The position numbers were made by a program, and so were the translations under genes. Positions 44,550-58,890 of a stretch of DNA of 64,000 bases are shown here, one piece after another; within the stretch, counting starts at the first letter, position 1, and every line of letters starts with the position of its first letter. The stretch comes from the human T2T-CHM13v2.0 reference genome, Homo sapiens: the NCBI RefSeq assembly GCF_009914755.1, contig NC_060928.1; one strand, written 5' to 3'. The notes beneath the pieces were generated by a model. That model worked only from the letters and a program-made list of their open reading frames with translations, ran no database searches and was not told the DNA's origin.

Positions 44550-47500
44550 CCTCTCCACTCCGCTAAGAATTTATTCTTCATGTCTGTAATTCACAGCATT
44601 TAGATGAAGTTTGCTGCTTAACATGAAACTAACCTTGAGGATTTCTCCCACATGTTAGTAATTGCACTTTTGGTACCTAGTGATTGGGGAAAAAAAGCAA
44701 AAACAATCAAAAGTTGCATGCAATGAATTTGGTAACATTTTCAAATGAACTTGTATTTTATTAATCATAATGATTTTTTATCTATATTGGAAAAAAGACT
44801 AGTTATTATCTATTTAGCCATATAACTATAACCTACCAAGAGTTTTGCTTCCATTTAGTGTCTATCACACCAATCGGGGAACTGTTAAAGACCAAACACC
44901 TTTTGGAACACAAGAGAAGAAAACAACCATTCTGGGACAGCAGGAGCCAGTGTTAGTATTTTGATAGCAGGGTCCTTGGCCTACATTAAAGAATAGTTTC
45001 AACCCAGAGCTGCAGGGAAAGGTTCATGCTGAGTTGAGAAGAAGGGCTGCTTAGAGACCAATGCTATCCCACTATGTTTCTATTGTTTGTTCTATTCTTC
45101 TATTTCTCCCATTAGATTGTAGGCTGAGAAAGGGTAGGGGTCATACCTGTTGTATTTCCAAGCCCTTGCACAGTTACTAATACATGGTGAGTGTCAACAG
45201 TTATTATTTTGGATAAACAAATGAATGAATCATAAATCTAGTCTTATACTACTGAGGCTTAGTATAGTCCTAATGATCTCTTACCAATGCCATTGGTCAA
45301 ATTGGTGACTTCTTGCGATGGCTGCATCCTGTTCTCAGCCCCTACTCACAGAAAGAAATAAATGAAGGTATGTCTTACTCCCTCTGAAAAGCTTCTAACT
45401 CTGGGTATAGGCAGGATAATGCCTTGGTCCCAAGGTTGATGTTACTGACAGAAATTATATTGTTATGTAGAATAATAATAAACCCTACTTGAAAATAACT
45501 CTATGGCTATTGCCTGTAAGATAAAGTCTAAACTCCTTGGTCTAATAAGAGGCCTGATAAACCAGTCATCGCCTTACCCTCTGGTCTTCTTGGCCATTCT
45601 CTCCTTCCCTGGCCTTCTCCTGGCCTCCAGCTAAGACAAGCGGCTCGCTGTTTTCAAACAGGCCACCCTCTTTACCCCTCTCCACCGTGGCATTCGTCAC
45701 TGTCCTTCAGAATTGCGTCCGTGCAGCCAGAGGCCACCTCCCCTTTTCAGTTCCCACATCACCCCATCTATGTCGCGGAACAGCTTTTGCAGACTCTGAA
45801 TTGACTGCAATTGTGTTGAAGCCAAGAGATTGTATTTGTTTATGTTTATATCTCCAAGCTGCCGTACAATAGGTGCTTGATAAATGTTTATTTCAGGAAC
45901 AAACTTATACATTTATAAACTTTCCACTGTCAGAGGAGAATTAAGATAAAACTTCTAATTGTAGAGATGTGCCATCGTGACCTCCCTTGGATGTTTGCTT
46001 TACATTTTGCTCCCTTTGTGCGTAATGCCTGGAAACATGCCCTCATATTCAAAGGCCTTTAAACAGTAAGGAACACCCTTCCTTTTCACTTGCCTCAATA
46101 CTTAATTGGCATTTTATCATCTTCTTTCTAACTTTCCAGCTGCACTGATTTCACTTTTCCATCAAGACTGTTTTGTGAAAATAAGGAAATATCCCCTCCA
46201 TGGACTCCTCCAAAGATGACAATGACTATCCAAGGGTCAGATTTGCAACTGCACAGGCCAGCTACCTTTTCCCTAAGGGAGATTTGATCTCCACGATGAC
46301 CTCTGAGTTTGATGTCACTAAAGGAGCCATCAGTTTCCCTTGTACTGTTTTACTGAAACTGTTAACAGGAACACTCACATTCTCAGAATCCTAGTATCTA
46401 AAATAAAATACACACAAAAGAAAATAAAATGTACTATGGAATGTTTTTATGCCAATAAATGTAGCTCTAACTTGTGATTTTTTATGACTTCAGAGGTTTC
46501 TATTTTATAACTTTAAAACAACCCAATCCAAACTACATTCTTGGACATTTAATTTTCTCATGCTATACACATCTTTTGTAGATGGTTTTGAACTCTAGGC
46601 TGATCAAGAAAGTTAACACAACAACAAAACGGAATCCGGTGCCTCCTCTTTTTTCCAGGGTGCCTGATAACAGTGATTGATTGTGTTCAACTGGCCTCCA
46701 CCAAGTGGTCTTAAAGCCAAGAGCCTGGGTGGTCACACAGCAAGGCACTGTCCAGGCTGAGAAACCTGAGCTTTGTGTCCAACTCTGCCTCTTGCTCTGA
46801 AACCATGGTCTTTCACAAGACATCAGTGGTGTCTCAAGCCTGAGGAAATAGATCTCCTTTAAGCAGAGTTCACCTTGTGATGAAAGATCTTGGCTAATGG
46901 AAATTTGTTGGAGTAAAAAGAATCTGTAGAAATCAGAATGTGAGGTTGCCAATTTCATGAAAAGCAGTTCCAAAAGCAAGAAGCCATTTGATATATGGGC
47001 CAAAGAGCAGTCAAGAGCTTAATCTTCCAACATCCCCTCTGACAATTTGGTATAAAATGTAACTCCGAAATGATTAAAAGAGTTCTTTGGTAGTGCCTGC
47101 AGTTTTGGTGTGCTCTATTCTTGCTATCTCCTTATTATCTCTTTTATCGATGTGAAATATGTGAGCATCTTTTCAAAGTACTTTCAGTACTTTCAAACTT
47201 TTCAGTTTTACCACAGTCTGTATTCTGCCCCATGGCTCAGCTAGGTCAGAAAGCTTTTCAGGTTTTTAGAGAATTACAGATGGGAGTTTATCACGGCTGT
47301 AAAATCAAAAATAATATTTGGTATCACAGTTAATAATGTGCTTGGGTTTTCTCTATAAAAACATAAATTATATTGCATATGGCCATGTGTTCCTTTAAAA
47401 AGGGAAGAAAATATCTACTTCCAATTCAGACAGGATTTTGAGGGGGACTGTAGGACTGTGTCATTCTGAGGGTGCTTTTTGGAATTTAAGTGCTTATATA

Positions 47501-47931
47501 GGGAATGAGGGCGAAATGTTGGTGAAATTCAGAAGCTAAACCTATTAAATTGTGGGGAAAGTCTGGCAAGTATTCAAGCCATAACAACCAAGCAGGGACA
47601 GTCCCTTCAGGGGACAGGACAGGACCTGCATTTTAGAGGCAGGAAGGACCTTAGAATATGCCTGGCACAGCCCCTCATAGCAGAATAACATAGCCCACAG
47701 GACATGCACCCGACACCCAGCTGGGCCATCCTTCCTCCACCAGCCCGGGGGGCCTCATTCCCCTCTCAGCTGCTCCTCTCTGGGAGCAGGAAGAATTCTA
47801 GATACAGACTACAATATATTTCCAGATGGAAAATATGGTGTCTGGGATTTCCAGGCAGTTGGGGGACATTGGTGGAGATATAGATGAAACAAAATTAGTC
47901 ATGAGTTGATAATTATTAAAGATGATAATGG

Positions 47932-48222
47932 AGCCAGGCGCGGTGGCTCACGCCTATAATCCCAGCACTTTGGGAGGCCGAGGAGGGCGGATCATGAGGT
48001 CAGGAGTTCAAGACCAGCCTGGCCAATATGGTGAAGCCCCGTCTTTATTAAAAATACAAAAAAAAAAAAAAAAATTAGCTGGGTTTGGTGTTGCAGGTTC
48101 ATAGTCCCAGCTACTCGAGAGGCTAAGGTGAAGAATTGCTTGAACCCAGGAGGCGGAGGTTGCGGTGAGCCAAGATCGCACCACTGCACTCCAGCCCGGG
48201 TGACAGAGAAAAAAAAAAAAAA
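47932..48222 (+). mobile_element. AluS
   Basis: Full Alu with expanded middle A-tract. Confidence 0.95.
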
Positions 48223-48311
48223 GGTTGATATTGGATACATGGAGGTTATTATACTATTCTTTCTACTTTCACATATGTTTGAACATTTTTGTAATAAAAC
48301 ATTAAAAAAAA

Positions 48312-48591
48312 TTTTTTTAAGAGCAGGGTCTTGCTCTGTCACCCAGGCTGGAATGCAGTGGAATGTGATCATAGCTCACTGCAGCCTCAAATTCTTGGGC
48401 ACAAGCAATCCTCCCAAGTAGCTGGGACTACAGGCATGCACCACCACACCCAGCTAATTTTTACATTTTTCTGTAGAGATGGGGTCTGGTTATGTTGACC
48501 AGGCTGGTCTTGAACCCCTGGCCTCAAGTTATCCTCCTGCCTTGGCCTCTCAAAGCACCAGTAGTACAGGTGTGAGCCACTATACCCAGCC
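48312..48591 (-). mobile_element. AluJ
   Basis: Antisense J-type Alu; ataaaacatt-like flanks. Confidence 0.9.
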
Positions 48592-49447
48592 CATAAAACA
48601 TTCTTTACAAACTGTGAGACAGAAAAAAAAGGAAGAAAGAAAGAAAGAGAAAGGACAGAAGGAAGGAAGGAAGAGAAAGAGAAAACGATGCTCTCTAAAA
48701 ATCAGTGAGAAGAGCTAGGAATGCCCTACAGATCATTGGTCTGGTGTCCTGTACATGACTTTCGGTACTGTGATTAACAGAGGCAATGATCAGAACAATA
48801 ACATGTGAAGACACTGGCAGAGAGAAACTGGGTAGATAGGAAGTGCAGTCCAGGAACCTACCCTTGTAACAAGCACTTCAGATGACTTAGATACAGGTGG
48901 CATATGGACCACAGTTCGAGAAATGCTTCAATAATGAGTTAAATGATGTAGCTTCATTTTTAGCACAGCAGTATGTGGGCAATTCACCCAACTTACCTCG
49001 TCAGCCTGAAGAGTTTGAAAAGTATAACAGGTAAGTACTTACCAAATGCTACCTGCCGAATTACTGCAGATCTATTGACAAGACAGTCTTCCATAGCTCC
49101 TAATGATCCTTTTTATGCATCAGACTAAAGAAACACCACCAGTTAGCAACCAGGTTGTTAGGTGGTTGAATAGAAAAACTGTTAATCATTCAAAAAAAAA
49201 AAAAAGATAGGAAAATACTGAACGTTCTTAGTGTTGATGAAAATGTCTGATATAAAGAACATTGTTCAAAAAATCATCAAATTATATCACTATTGGAGTA
49301 AACAATGTACTACCATGTCTTTGCCAGGTCTAGGGAGCCAAGTCTAGTTCAGGGAAAGGAACAAGCCAACGGTGTTCCCCTCTGGGATATAGTTTCGTAT
49401 TTTGGAAGAAGTCATGCAGTCTGTGAGACATTTAAGAGCAAAGTTAT

Positions 49448-50190
<743 letters not shown>

Positions 50191-50196
50191 CTATAG

Positions 50197-50636
<440 letters not shown>

Positions 50637-51464
50637 TGTAGAGGGGGTAAGGCATAGGGCTTGGGGACTAGAGTAGCTGGGGAATTCCCAAAGTGCATCT
50701 TGTTGTATTGCTTTGACTTTGGAATAATGCACATGTATTACCTATTGGGAACAATAGGAAATTTAGAAAATGTTGGGAGGACCATGGTCAATGTAAAATT
50801 TGTTGCTGGACTTTAATGGTCCCTCACGGTGGATGAGCATTTAATGGTATCTGAATTCCCTATTGACAGTGCTTGAAGACAAAACTGGAGCATGCATCAC
50901 TACGCATCTACCTTCTCACAGGTGAATTTTCTAATTAAGAGCTGAGGATATTCAACCTTTACTTATTCATCCATCCATTCAGCCATTCATTTGACTTTCA
51001 GCAAATATTAATGGGGCACTACGCTAAGCACGGGGACTCTCTGGTGCTCAGGATACATCAGTGCCTCCCCATGGAGCTCTTGGTCTCATGGAGGGTACAG
51101 ACAAGTACACAGGATGTCAGAACAGAGTGGAAAAGTGAAGTCACCAGGGAAGTAGTAGCCGTTCTCTGGGCACTGAGTTTCCCTCAGGGGATCACTGGCC
51201 AGTTGAATGAGTGAGCAAATGAATGAATGAATGCAATGAAATAAAATGACTGCTTACATTCCTTCCAAATCTGCAATTCACTTGTGTAACATACAGGGTT
51301 TCCAATATTTTGGAGAAACAAGAATAGGATTAAACTCAAATTGTTCTGCTTGGTTGCAGAGAGGGCTTGGTTCACCATTTTGCATATGTGAAGCACATTT
51401 TCTCTAGGAGAAGGTGTAGGTGTGAGGCAGGCATGGCATCATGAAGAGAGATGGGGCCTAATAG

Positions 51465-51839
<375 letters not shown>

Positions 51840-52085
51840 TAATCCAATAGCAGAAGTCCTATTAAGAACAGAAGTACCATTTAGGAAAATACTTTGATGA
51901 TATAAAATTTCAGTTATACAGGAAGAATAATTCAGGAGGTCTATTGTACAACATGATGAATACAGTAAGAAGAAAGAGGGGGTAAGGAGGTAATGATATA
52001 AAATAGTCCAGAGCTCTGCGTTCCAGTCCCACTCTTCCACTGGCTTACTGTGAGACTTTAGGGATGGAAATGAGCCTCTCTAAAC

Positions 52086-52394
<309 letters not shown>

Positions 52395-53933
52395 TAGAAA
52401 ATATAAACTAATGGTGTTTGGCAAGTTGTTGTCTGTGGCTCCTCTTAGATGCCTAATTCTTTGTTCTACTTGTGGATTTTTTTTTTCCCAGTATCTCCCT
52501 CTCCTTTGGAAGCAGACATTTAATTTCCCATCTCAGGGCCGTGGCGCGTGCCATTCCCTCCACGTGGCCTGGCCTTGCTCTCCATCTTCCCGCAGCCAGC
52601 TCCTCCTCACCTTGCAGGTCTCAGCCTCGCCTTTCATAGAAGTCTCTATCAAAGCTGGTCGCTCTATCAGAGTTCAGTGCCCTTGTTATTTTCTGTTTCA
52701 TTCAGAGTTCTTATTGTATTTTCCAGCTTTTCATCTGAAATTATAAACTTAGTAAGCAAGTTTAATGAAGCAAATGTCCAGTGTCTAGCACCTGGAAAAT
52801 AGTAAGTTCCCATAATGATTTGTTGAATGAATCAATGAAAAATCCTTCCATTTGCTCATATTCTAATTTCCTGAATGGATTGGAAGGTTGCATAGATAAC
52901 CTCAAAGGTCCCTGCTTCCAGCTTAAACCATAGCTGTATCTTGCCCAGATTAAGCTGGCACCATCTCCTCGAATCCAATCACCCCTACTTTGCCAGGAGG
53001 GGAGCACTCACATTTGGGCTGCTGCAACGCTTAGGTGATTGCAGATTGTGGGGACAGATATTGGAGGCAGTTAATTGTTTCCAAATCTGAGTATTTCAGA
53101 GATGTAGCTCCCACAGGACACTAGAGTTTCTCTCTGGATATAATTTTTGCCAAACCAATAATTATAGCAGTTTATGCAACTGACATATAATTCCACCAGG
53201 ACTGAAGTGGCAGAGTTGACAAGAAGCTCGCCAATTGTGTATGATTTGGGGCCCGTCTGCATAGATCTATTCTCTAAGAGATCAAAAATGTCTTTCTTTG
53301 GGCCTCTTCCTTTTTGTGATTTTTTTTTCCACTTCGGCTTTTGAATTGGACGTAACAGGCTGCAGCTAGCTTAATTTTGTCGTTGCCACTCAGGGCCTGT
53401 CACCCTCCTGAAGCACTGACTTCATCTTCCACTCACTTTATCAATGACATCCACCCAGGCTAGAAATAAATGAGGAAACACCAGTCAAGGGGAATACGAA
53501 AAATTTGTAAATTGCAGAATTGGGCTCTACAAATTAATCATAATTTGGAAAATGTTTTCATGGTCACTGTTCATCAGGTATTGTCTCCTCTTGCCTTCTG
53601 CAGATGTCCAGGCCTCTTAGCATGCCATAGAACCATGAAACAACACCCACTCCAAAAACTCACTTTGCAAGTGATGGCAGAGAGATCCCAATGGTGGAGT
53701 GATTTGCCAACACAACAGGGCACGGCCATGGCCAAGGTGGGAGCCAGAAAACCTTGCCTGCCCTGCTAGCCATCCTTAGCTGCTCCACCCTTCCCCAGCG
53801 GGCCCATGTCCTGCCATATGTACCCCAGTTCACCTCCACATCCCATCCGTCGGCATCAGTGCAACGTGAGGTCTGGGTTTCTCTTTTCTACCCAAGTCAG
53901 GCTGACTACCTGGTGAAGAGGAAGTTTCCCATC

Positions 53934-54412
53934 TGTGTTACTTTCCTAGGGCCACTGTAACCGAGAACCATGAACTGGAGGCTTGAACAACAGAAGTTTT
54001 TGTCTCTCATTCCTGGAGGCTGGAAGTCCAGGATAGTTCAGGTGTGGGCAGGATGCGTTGATTCTTCCCCAGGTCTATGAGGGAGAGCCTGCTCCATGCT
54101 GCTTGCAGCTTCTAGTGGCCCCAGGAATTCCATGGCTGCAGTCACAGAGCTCCAGCCTCCGCCTGCATCTTCCCCAGTCGCCTCATCCCTGTGTGTGTCT
54201 TCACCTCAGCTTCCCTCTGTGCATGTCTGCCTGTGTCCATGTTGCCTCTTTTCATAAGGACACCAGTCACATTGGATTAGGGCTCACCCTAATGACCTCA
54301 TTTTAACTTGATGGCCTCTGTAAAGAGCCCATTTCCAAATAAGGTCACATTCTGAGGTACTGGGGGCTAGGACTTCATATCTTTTGGGGTGAACATAATG
54401 TAACCCATAATA
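53934..54412 (-). mobile_element. MLT1B/C MaLR solo LTR
   Basis: ctggaggctggaagtcca...ataaggacaccagtcacattggattagggctcaccctaatgacctcattttaac...aaggtcacattctgaggtactgggg. Confidence 0.88.
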
Positions 54413-54542
54413 TCATCTGAAACCCTTTCTCTGTCAACCGATCCGCAAAACCCCCACCTGACAGGGAGAAGATCGATAATGAAATGCAGCCAAGGGGAGG
54501 CTTCTTAAACCAAGGTGGAGTTTAAAGAACTGAGCAGATAGG

Positions 54543-54946
<404 letters not shown>

Positions 54947-54959
54947 TCAAGTTCTCTCT

Positions 54960-56400
54960 CGTTCACTAATTAATTCACTGCAGATTGATTGCATGTTTAC
55001 TATATGTTAGGCACTATTCTAGGAGCCAGATACATCAGCAAGCAAAGCAGACAAAAGATCTGATCCTCATGGAGCTACATCCTAGTTGTGGAAGATTGAC
55101 GTATATTAAATATGTACTTAAGTCAGATTGTAATAAATACTATGAAGAAAAAGCAAGGAAGGAAGGGGAAGAGTGCCAAGGGAGGAGAGTAACTCAGTTT
55201 TAGGCCAGGGGGTGAGAGAAGAGCTGACCGAAGACATGGCATTGGAGTAAAGACCTGGAGGACAGATGAGGAAGCCGTTGGGGGTACCTGGGGAGTGCAT
55301 TCCCAGCAGAGGAACAGCAATCATGAAGGCCCTAAGGTTGGCGCATGCCCAGAGCAGCTGAGGACCAGCAAGGAGGCCAGTATTGCTGGAGCAGAGGGAG
55401 CAAGTGGGGCAAGGGCAGCAGGAGGGAAGACTGGGGAGGCGCAGCATGGAGGTAGGTGCACAGACCATGGGCCTTGCAGGACATTGGAAGGATGTTGGCC
55501 TTTCACTCTGAGAGAAATGGCAGTGAGGATGGGCTTTGAGTGAGGGAGCATACCATGGTTTGGATATGGTTTGCTTGGCCCCACCAAGTCTCATGTTAAA
55601 ATGTGATCCCCAGTGTTGGAGGTGCGGCCTGGTGGGAGGTGTTTGGCTCCTGGTGGGTGGGTCGCTCGTGAATATCTTGGTGCTGTTCTCAAAGTAGTAA
55701 GTGAATTCTCACTCTGTTAGTTCATGCAAGAGCTGGTCGTTAAAAAGAGCGTGGCACCTCTTCTATTTCTGCTGTCTCACCATGTGACATGCTGGCCCCT
55801 CTTCTCCTCCCGCCATGAGTGGAAGCTTCCTGAGACCCTCCCCAGAAGCAGATGTCAGTGACTTGCTTCCTGTGCAGCCTGCAGAACCGTTAGCCAAATA
55901 AACGTCTTTTCTTTATAAATTACCCAATCTCAGGTATTTCTTTGTAGCAACACAAAATGGACTAAGACAGAGTGATATGATCTGACTTGCATTTTTAAAA
56001 TAACGCCTTTGGCAGCTGCGCTGAGAGCAGAGTCCAGGGCACAAGGGTGGAGGCCGGGCAGTCAGCCCAAGAGCCGCAGTGATGAGCTGGGCAGGAGGAG
56101 CGGAGACTGGACCTTGGTGGAGAGTGGGCGTGGGGAAAAGCGGTTGCATTCTAGAATCTAGGCACACTGGGAAGGTAGAGCTCATCTTTTTTCGTCATAG
56201 ATTAAACTCAGTTTATGAAAGAAAGGGAGGGGACAAGACTGACTCCAAGATTTTTGGCCTGGCGAGTGGGAGGATGCAGTGGCCATCAGTGCATCCCAAG
56301 ATGTAAAAACCTGGGATTTGGAGCTCAGTTTAGAACCAGTGAAGTTCAGGATGCTTATTAGACACCCATATGGAGATACCAGAGTGCCTGTGAGTAGATT
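54960..56400 (-). mobile_element. L2a LINE fragment interrupted by MSTB
   Basis: tttactatatgttaggcactattctagg...cctcatggagctaca...gcattcccagcagaggaacagc...gatatgatctgacttgcattttt...gactccaagatttttggcctg. Confidence 0.85.
55551..55969 (+). mobile_element. MSTB-type MaLR solo LTR
   Basis: tggtttggatatggtttg...tctcatgtt...cagcctgcagaacc...aattacccaatctcaggtatttc...ggactaagaca; flanks gagca/gagtg fit a CpG-decayed GAGCG TSD. Confidence 0.9.
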
Positions 56401-57746
56401 GTGCCTATAGGACAAAACAGCTGCTTGTTAGGCCCTCATGGCCCTGCATTCATCAGTCCCACCCAGTTACCCAGGGTGATTCCCCCACTTCTTCCCACTA
56501 TGAACCGTGGCAGTTTTCCTCCCTCTCCCCACTTATTTGTGCCCCTATGACTTATCTGGTATTTTCCCTCTTTCTAAGAATGTCATCTCAACTCGTTTCT
56601 TTCTATCTGAATTCAAACTACCCCTGATTTTCTATTTTTCATTCGACAAACACTTACTCTGATCCAGACACTGCAGAGGCAGAAGTCCAGTGGGGGACTG
56701 TGGGCCCCTCGGCGCCTTTCTCAGCTGTCTTTAGCCACACTGCTCTCCTCTGACCTTGGCCCTGACTGAATTCTGGCTGTTGGAGTCTCCTTCAGGACTT
56801 GGCTGCACACAGCTCTGAGTGTTACTTAACAATTTGGGGCAACTCCGCAATTGTCTAATGAAGATGTAAGCTGTCTGCATTGAGCACTTGGTCCATGTTC
56901 AGTGGCTCCTTGTGGGGCTGAAGACGCAGCTCTGGTTTGCTTGTTTGATCTACAGAACCTTGCTTTCCAGGTGCACCTCCAGACCCAGCCCAAGCTTCTC
57001 TCACCTCCCCAGGGGTCTCATCTCTCCTGCACTGGTAAAGGAACAGGAGGGAGGAGGGGAGGGAAAGGAGGGAAGAAAGGGTGTAAGTTGTCAGTACTGG
57101 ACTCTTGGCCTTGATCTAATGGGCTGTGGGCCTTTGGTTCTTCTGCTCTGGCTCATGGCCCTGTCCTCCAGATGCAGCTGATGTATAGCATTGCTCTGAG
57201 GAAGGTTGTGTGGTATCGTATAAGCAGCATGAGCTTTGCACTCGAGCCGATTTGGGCTTGAATGCTGACTCCACTACCTGGCAATATAAAGTAACTCATT
57301 TCACTCTATCAGTCTCATCTTACTGATCTCTAGAATGGCATATTCTTCAAGGATTTTGTAAGAATTAATACATATATATATAAAACAGATAGCACAGTGC
57401 CAGGCATAGCAACCATGCCAGGGAAAAAATGCCACCTTCCCGGAAAAGGTCCACTGGGACCTTCTCTGGTTCCTGTGCTGGACCATGGTCATTTGAGCAT
57501 GGCCAGTCCCTTGGCTCCAGGCTTTGGCCAATTCCAGAGGATCATGTCCAGCTTGAGATACCTGCCCCACAGTGGGGGGTAACTGATATGTCCCAGGGTC
57601 AATTAGGGATGAGAGAGTTTATATGGGGGAGTCACAAAGGAGCTATGGGAATTCCATGTGGAACCTCATTCTAGACTCTTGGCCTTGGTCTAACGGGCTG
57701 ATCAACAGTGAGAACCTCTTTTCTTGGATCTTGAGCTTCAAAAAAG

Positions 57747-57747
<1 letters not shown>

Positions 57748-57782
<35 letters not shown>
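57748..57782. repeat. (TG)17 microsatellite
   Basis: Perfect TG run. Confidence 0.95.
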
Positions 57783-57784
<2 letters not shown>

Positions 57785-58396
57785 CAATCAAGAAATAAGA
57801 GCTTGGGGAAATGTTAGTGAAAAAGATAAAGATGCCTTTTCTGTACTGACCCTTGAGCAATGCAAGACATGCCAGAAAGTTCACTGCTGATCAGGTCCTT
57901 GCAGTGGAGGAGTGGAGGTGTGGGGGTTGGGGCTGCAGTGCAGGCCGGATATGGGGAGGGTGGGGAGGCGGGGATGGGGAGGGGTGCTCTGTGAGAAAAT
58001 CTGACCGTTTTCCCAGCCTTTTCATTGTCTCTGTTTCCACTCACTCCAATTTAAGAGTCCAGCTCTCTTCTGGCCTTGTCCAGTTAGTTTTCTCAGTGCC
58101 CTTGCCCCCGTCTCCTGGCCTTAGCCCCTCTCATTGGCTCTCTCAAGGCTGCTCACCTCCCGCTTGGGTCCGTCTCGCCCCCTGGCCTGATCAGTCAAGC
58201 AGAAATGACTCCATCTGGAATTGGGCCTGGATTCTCAGCACTGCTCAGAGTTTCCTGTAACTGCTACCAAAGGCCTTAACCTTGCAGGTTTGGAATCCAG
58301 CATCTTAACCTTAATCTTGTACCTATTCATGGTACATACTAATAATTATTCCTTGGGTAATTAGCACCTAATAAAACTTTCTTGAACAAATATAGT

Positions 58397-58890
58397 TGTG
58401 AGACAGAGTAGCAAATGTAAGAAGGTGCATTTTCTCAATTTGCTGGCCAGCATAATTTCACAAAGCCCCTGACACTGTGGCAAGTGTAGCTCTCCGGAGG
58501 GATGCTTTGAAGACATGGCAGGGTAGAGCACACGGCTCCCACATCTCTTGCCTGGGTCGCTGTATTCCAGAAAAGGTAAGTGACCCTGGTCTTTGCCCTT
58601 TCCTAGACATAAGACAACATCTGGTGTGGTTAATGATTATGCCTCTGTGACCTATAATCAGATGTACTCTTACATCCTAACCTTGATGTATTTCTGCTTT
58701 ACTGTAACTTCTGAACAAGTTTGATGTGATTTTGCATAAACTATGAACTAAAACACTGCTTTGGAGGAGTCTGACCTCTCTGAAAGACTCCTCCCAGGCT
58801 GTAGTTCTCAGTCCGTAGTCCTGAGTCAGACTTCTGAATAAAACTAACTTTAATTCTTTAAAAGCTCGATTTTCTTTTCTTCAGTCAACA
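58397..58890 (+). mobile_element. ERV solo LTR (LTR47-like)
   Basis: TG...CA ends; gccagcataatttcacaaagcccctga; AATAAA near the 3' end (cttctgaataaaactaac). Confidence 0.75.

Noticed and set aside
46563-47003. 146-aa minus-strand ORF in unique DNA
   Set aside because: Non-ATG start, no recognisable homology or supporting exon structure
53580-53610. Strong-looking splice acceptor (tctcctcttgccttctgcag)
   Set aside because: No convincing downstream donor or coding signal; such sites are common by chance (also 46139, 46658, 59174)
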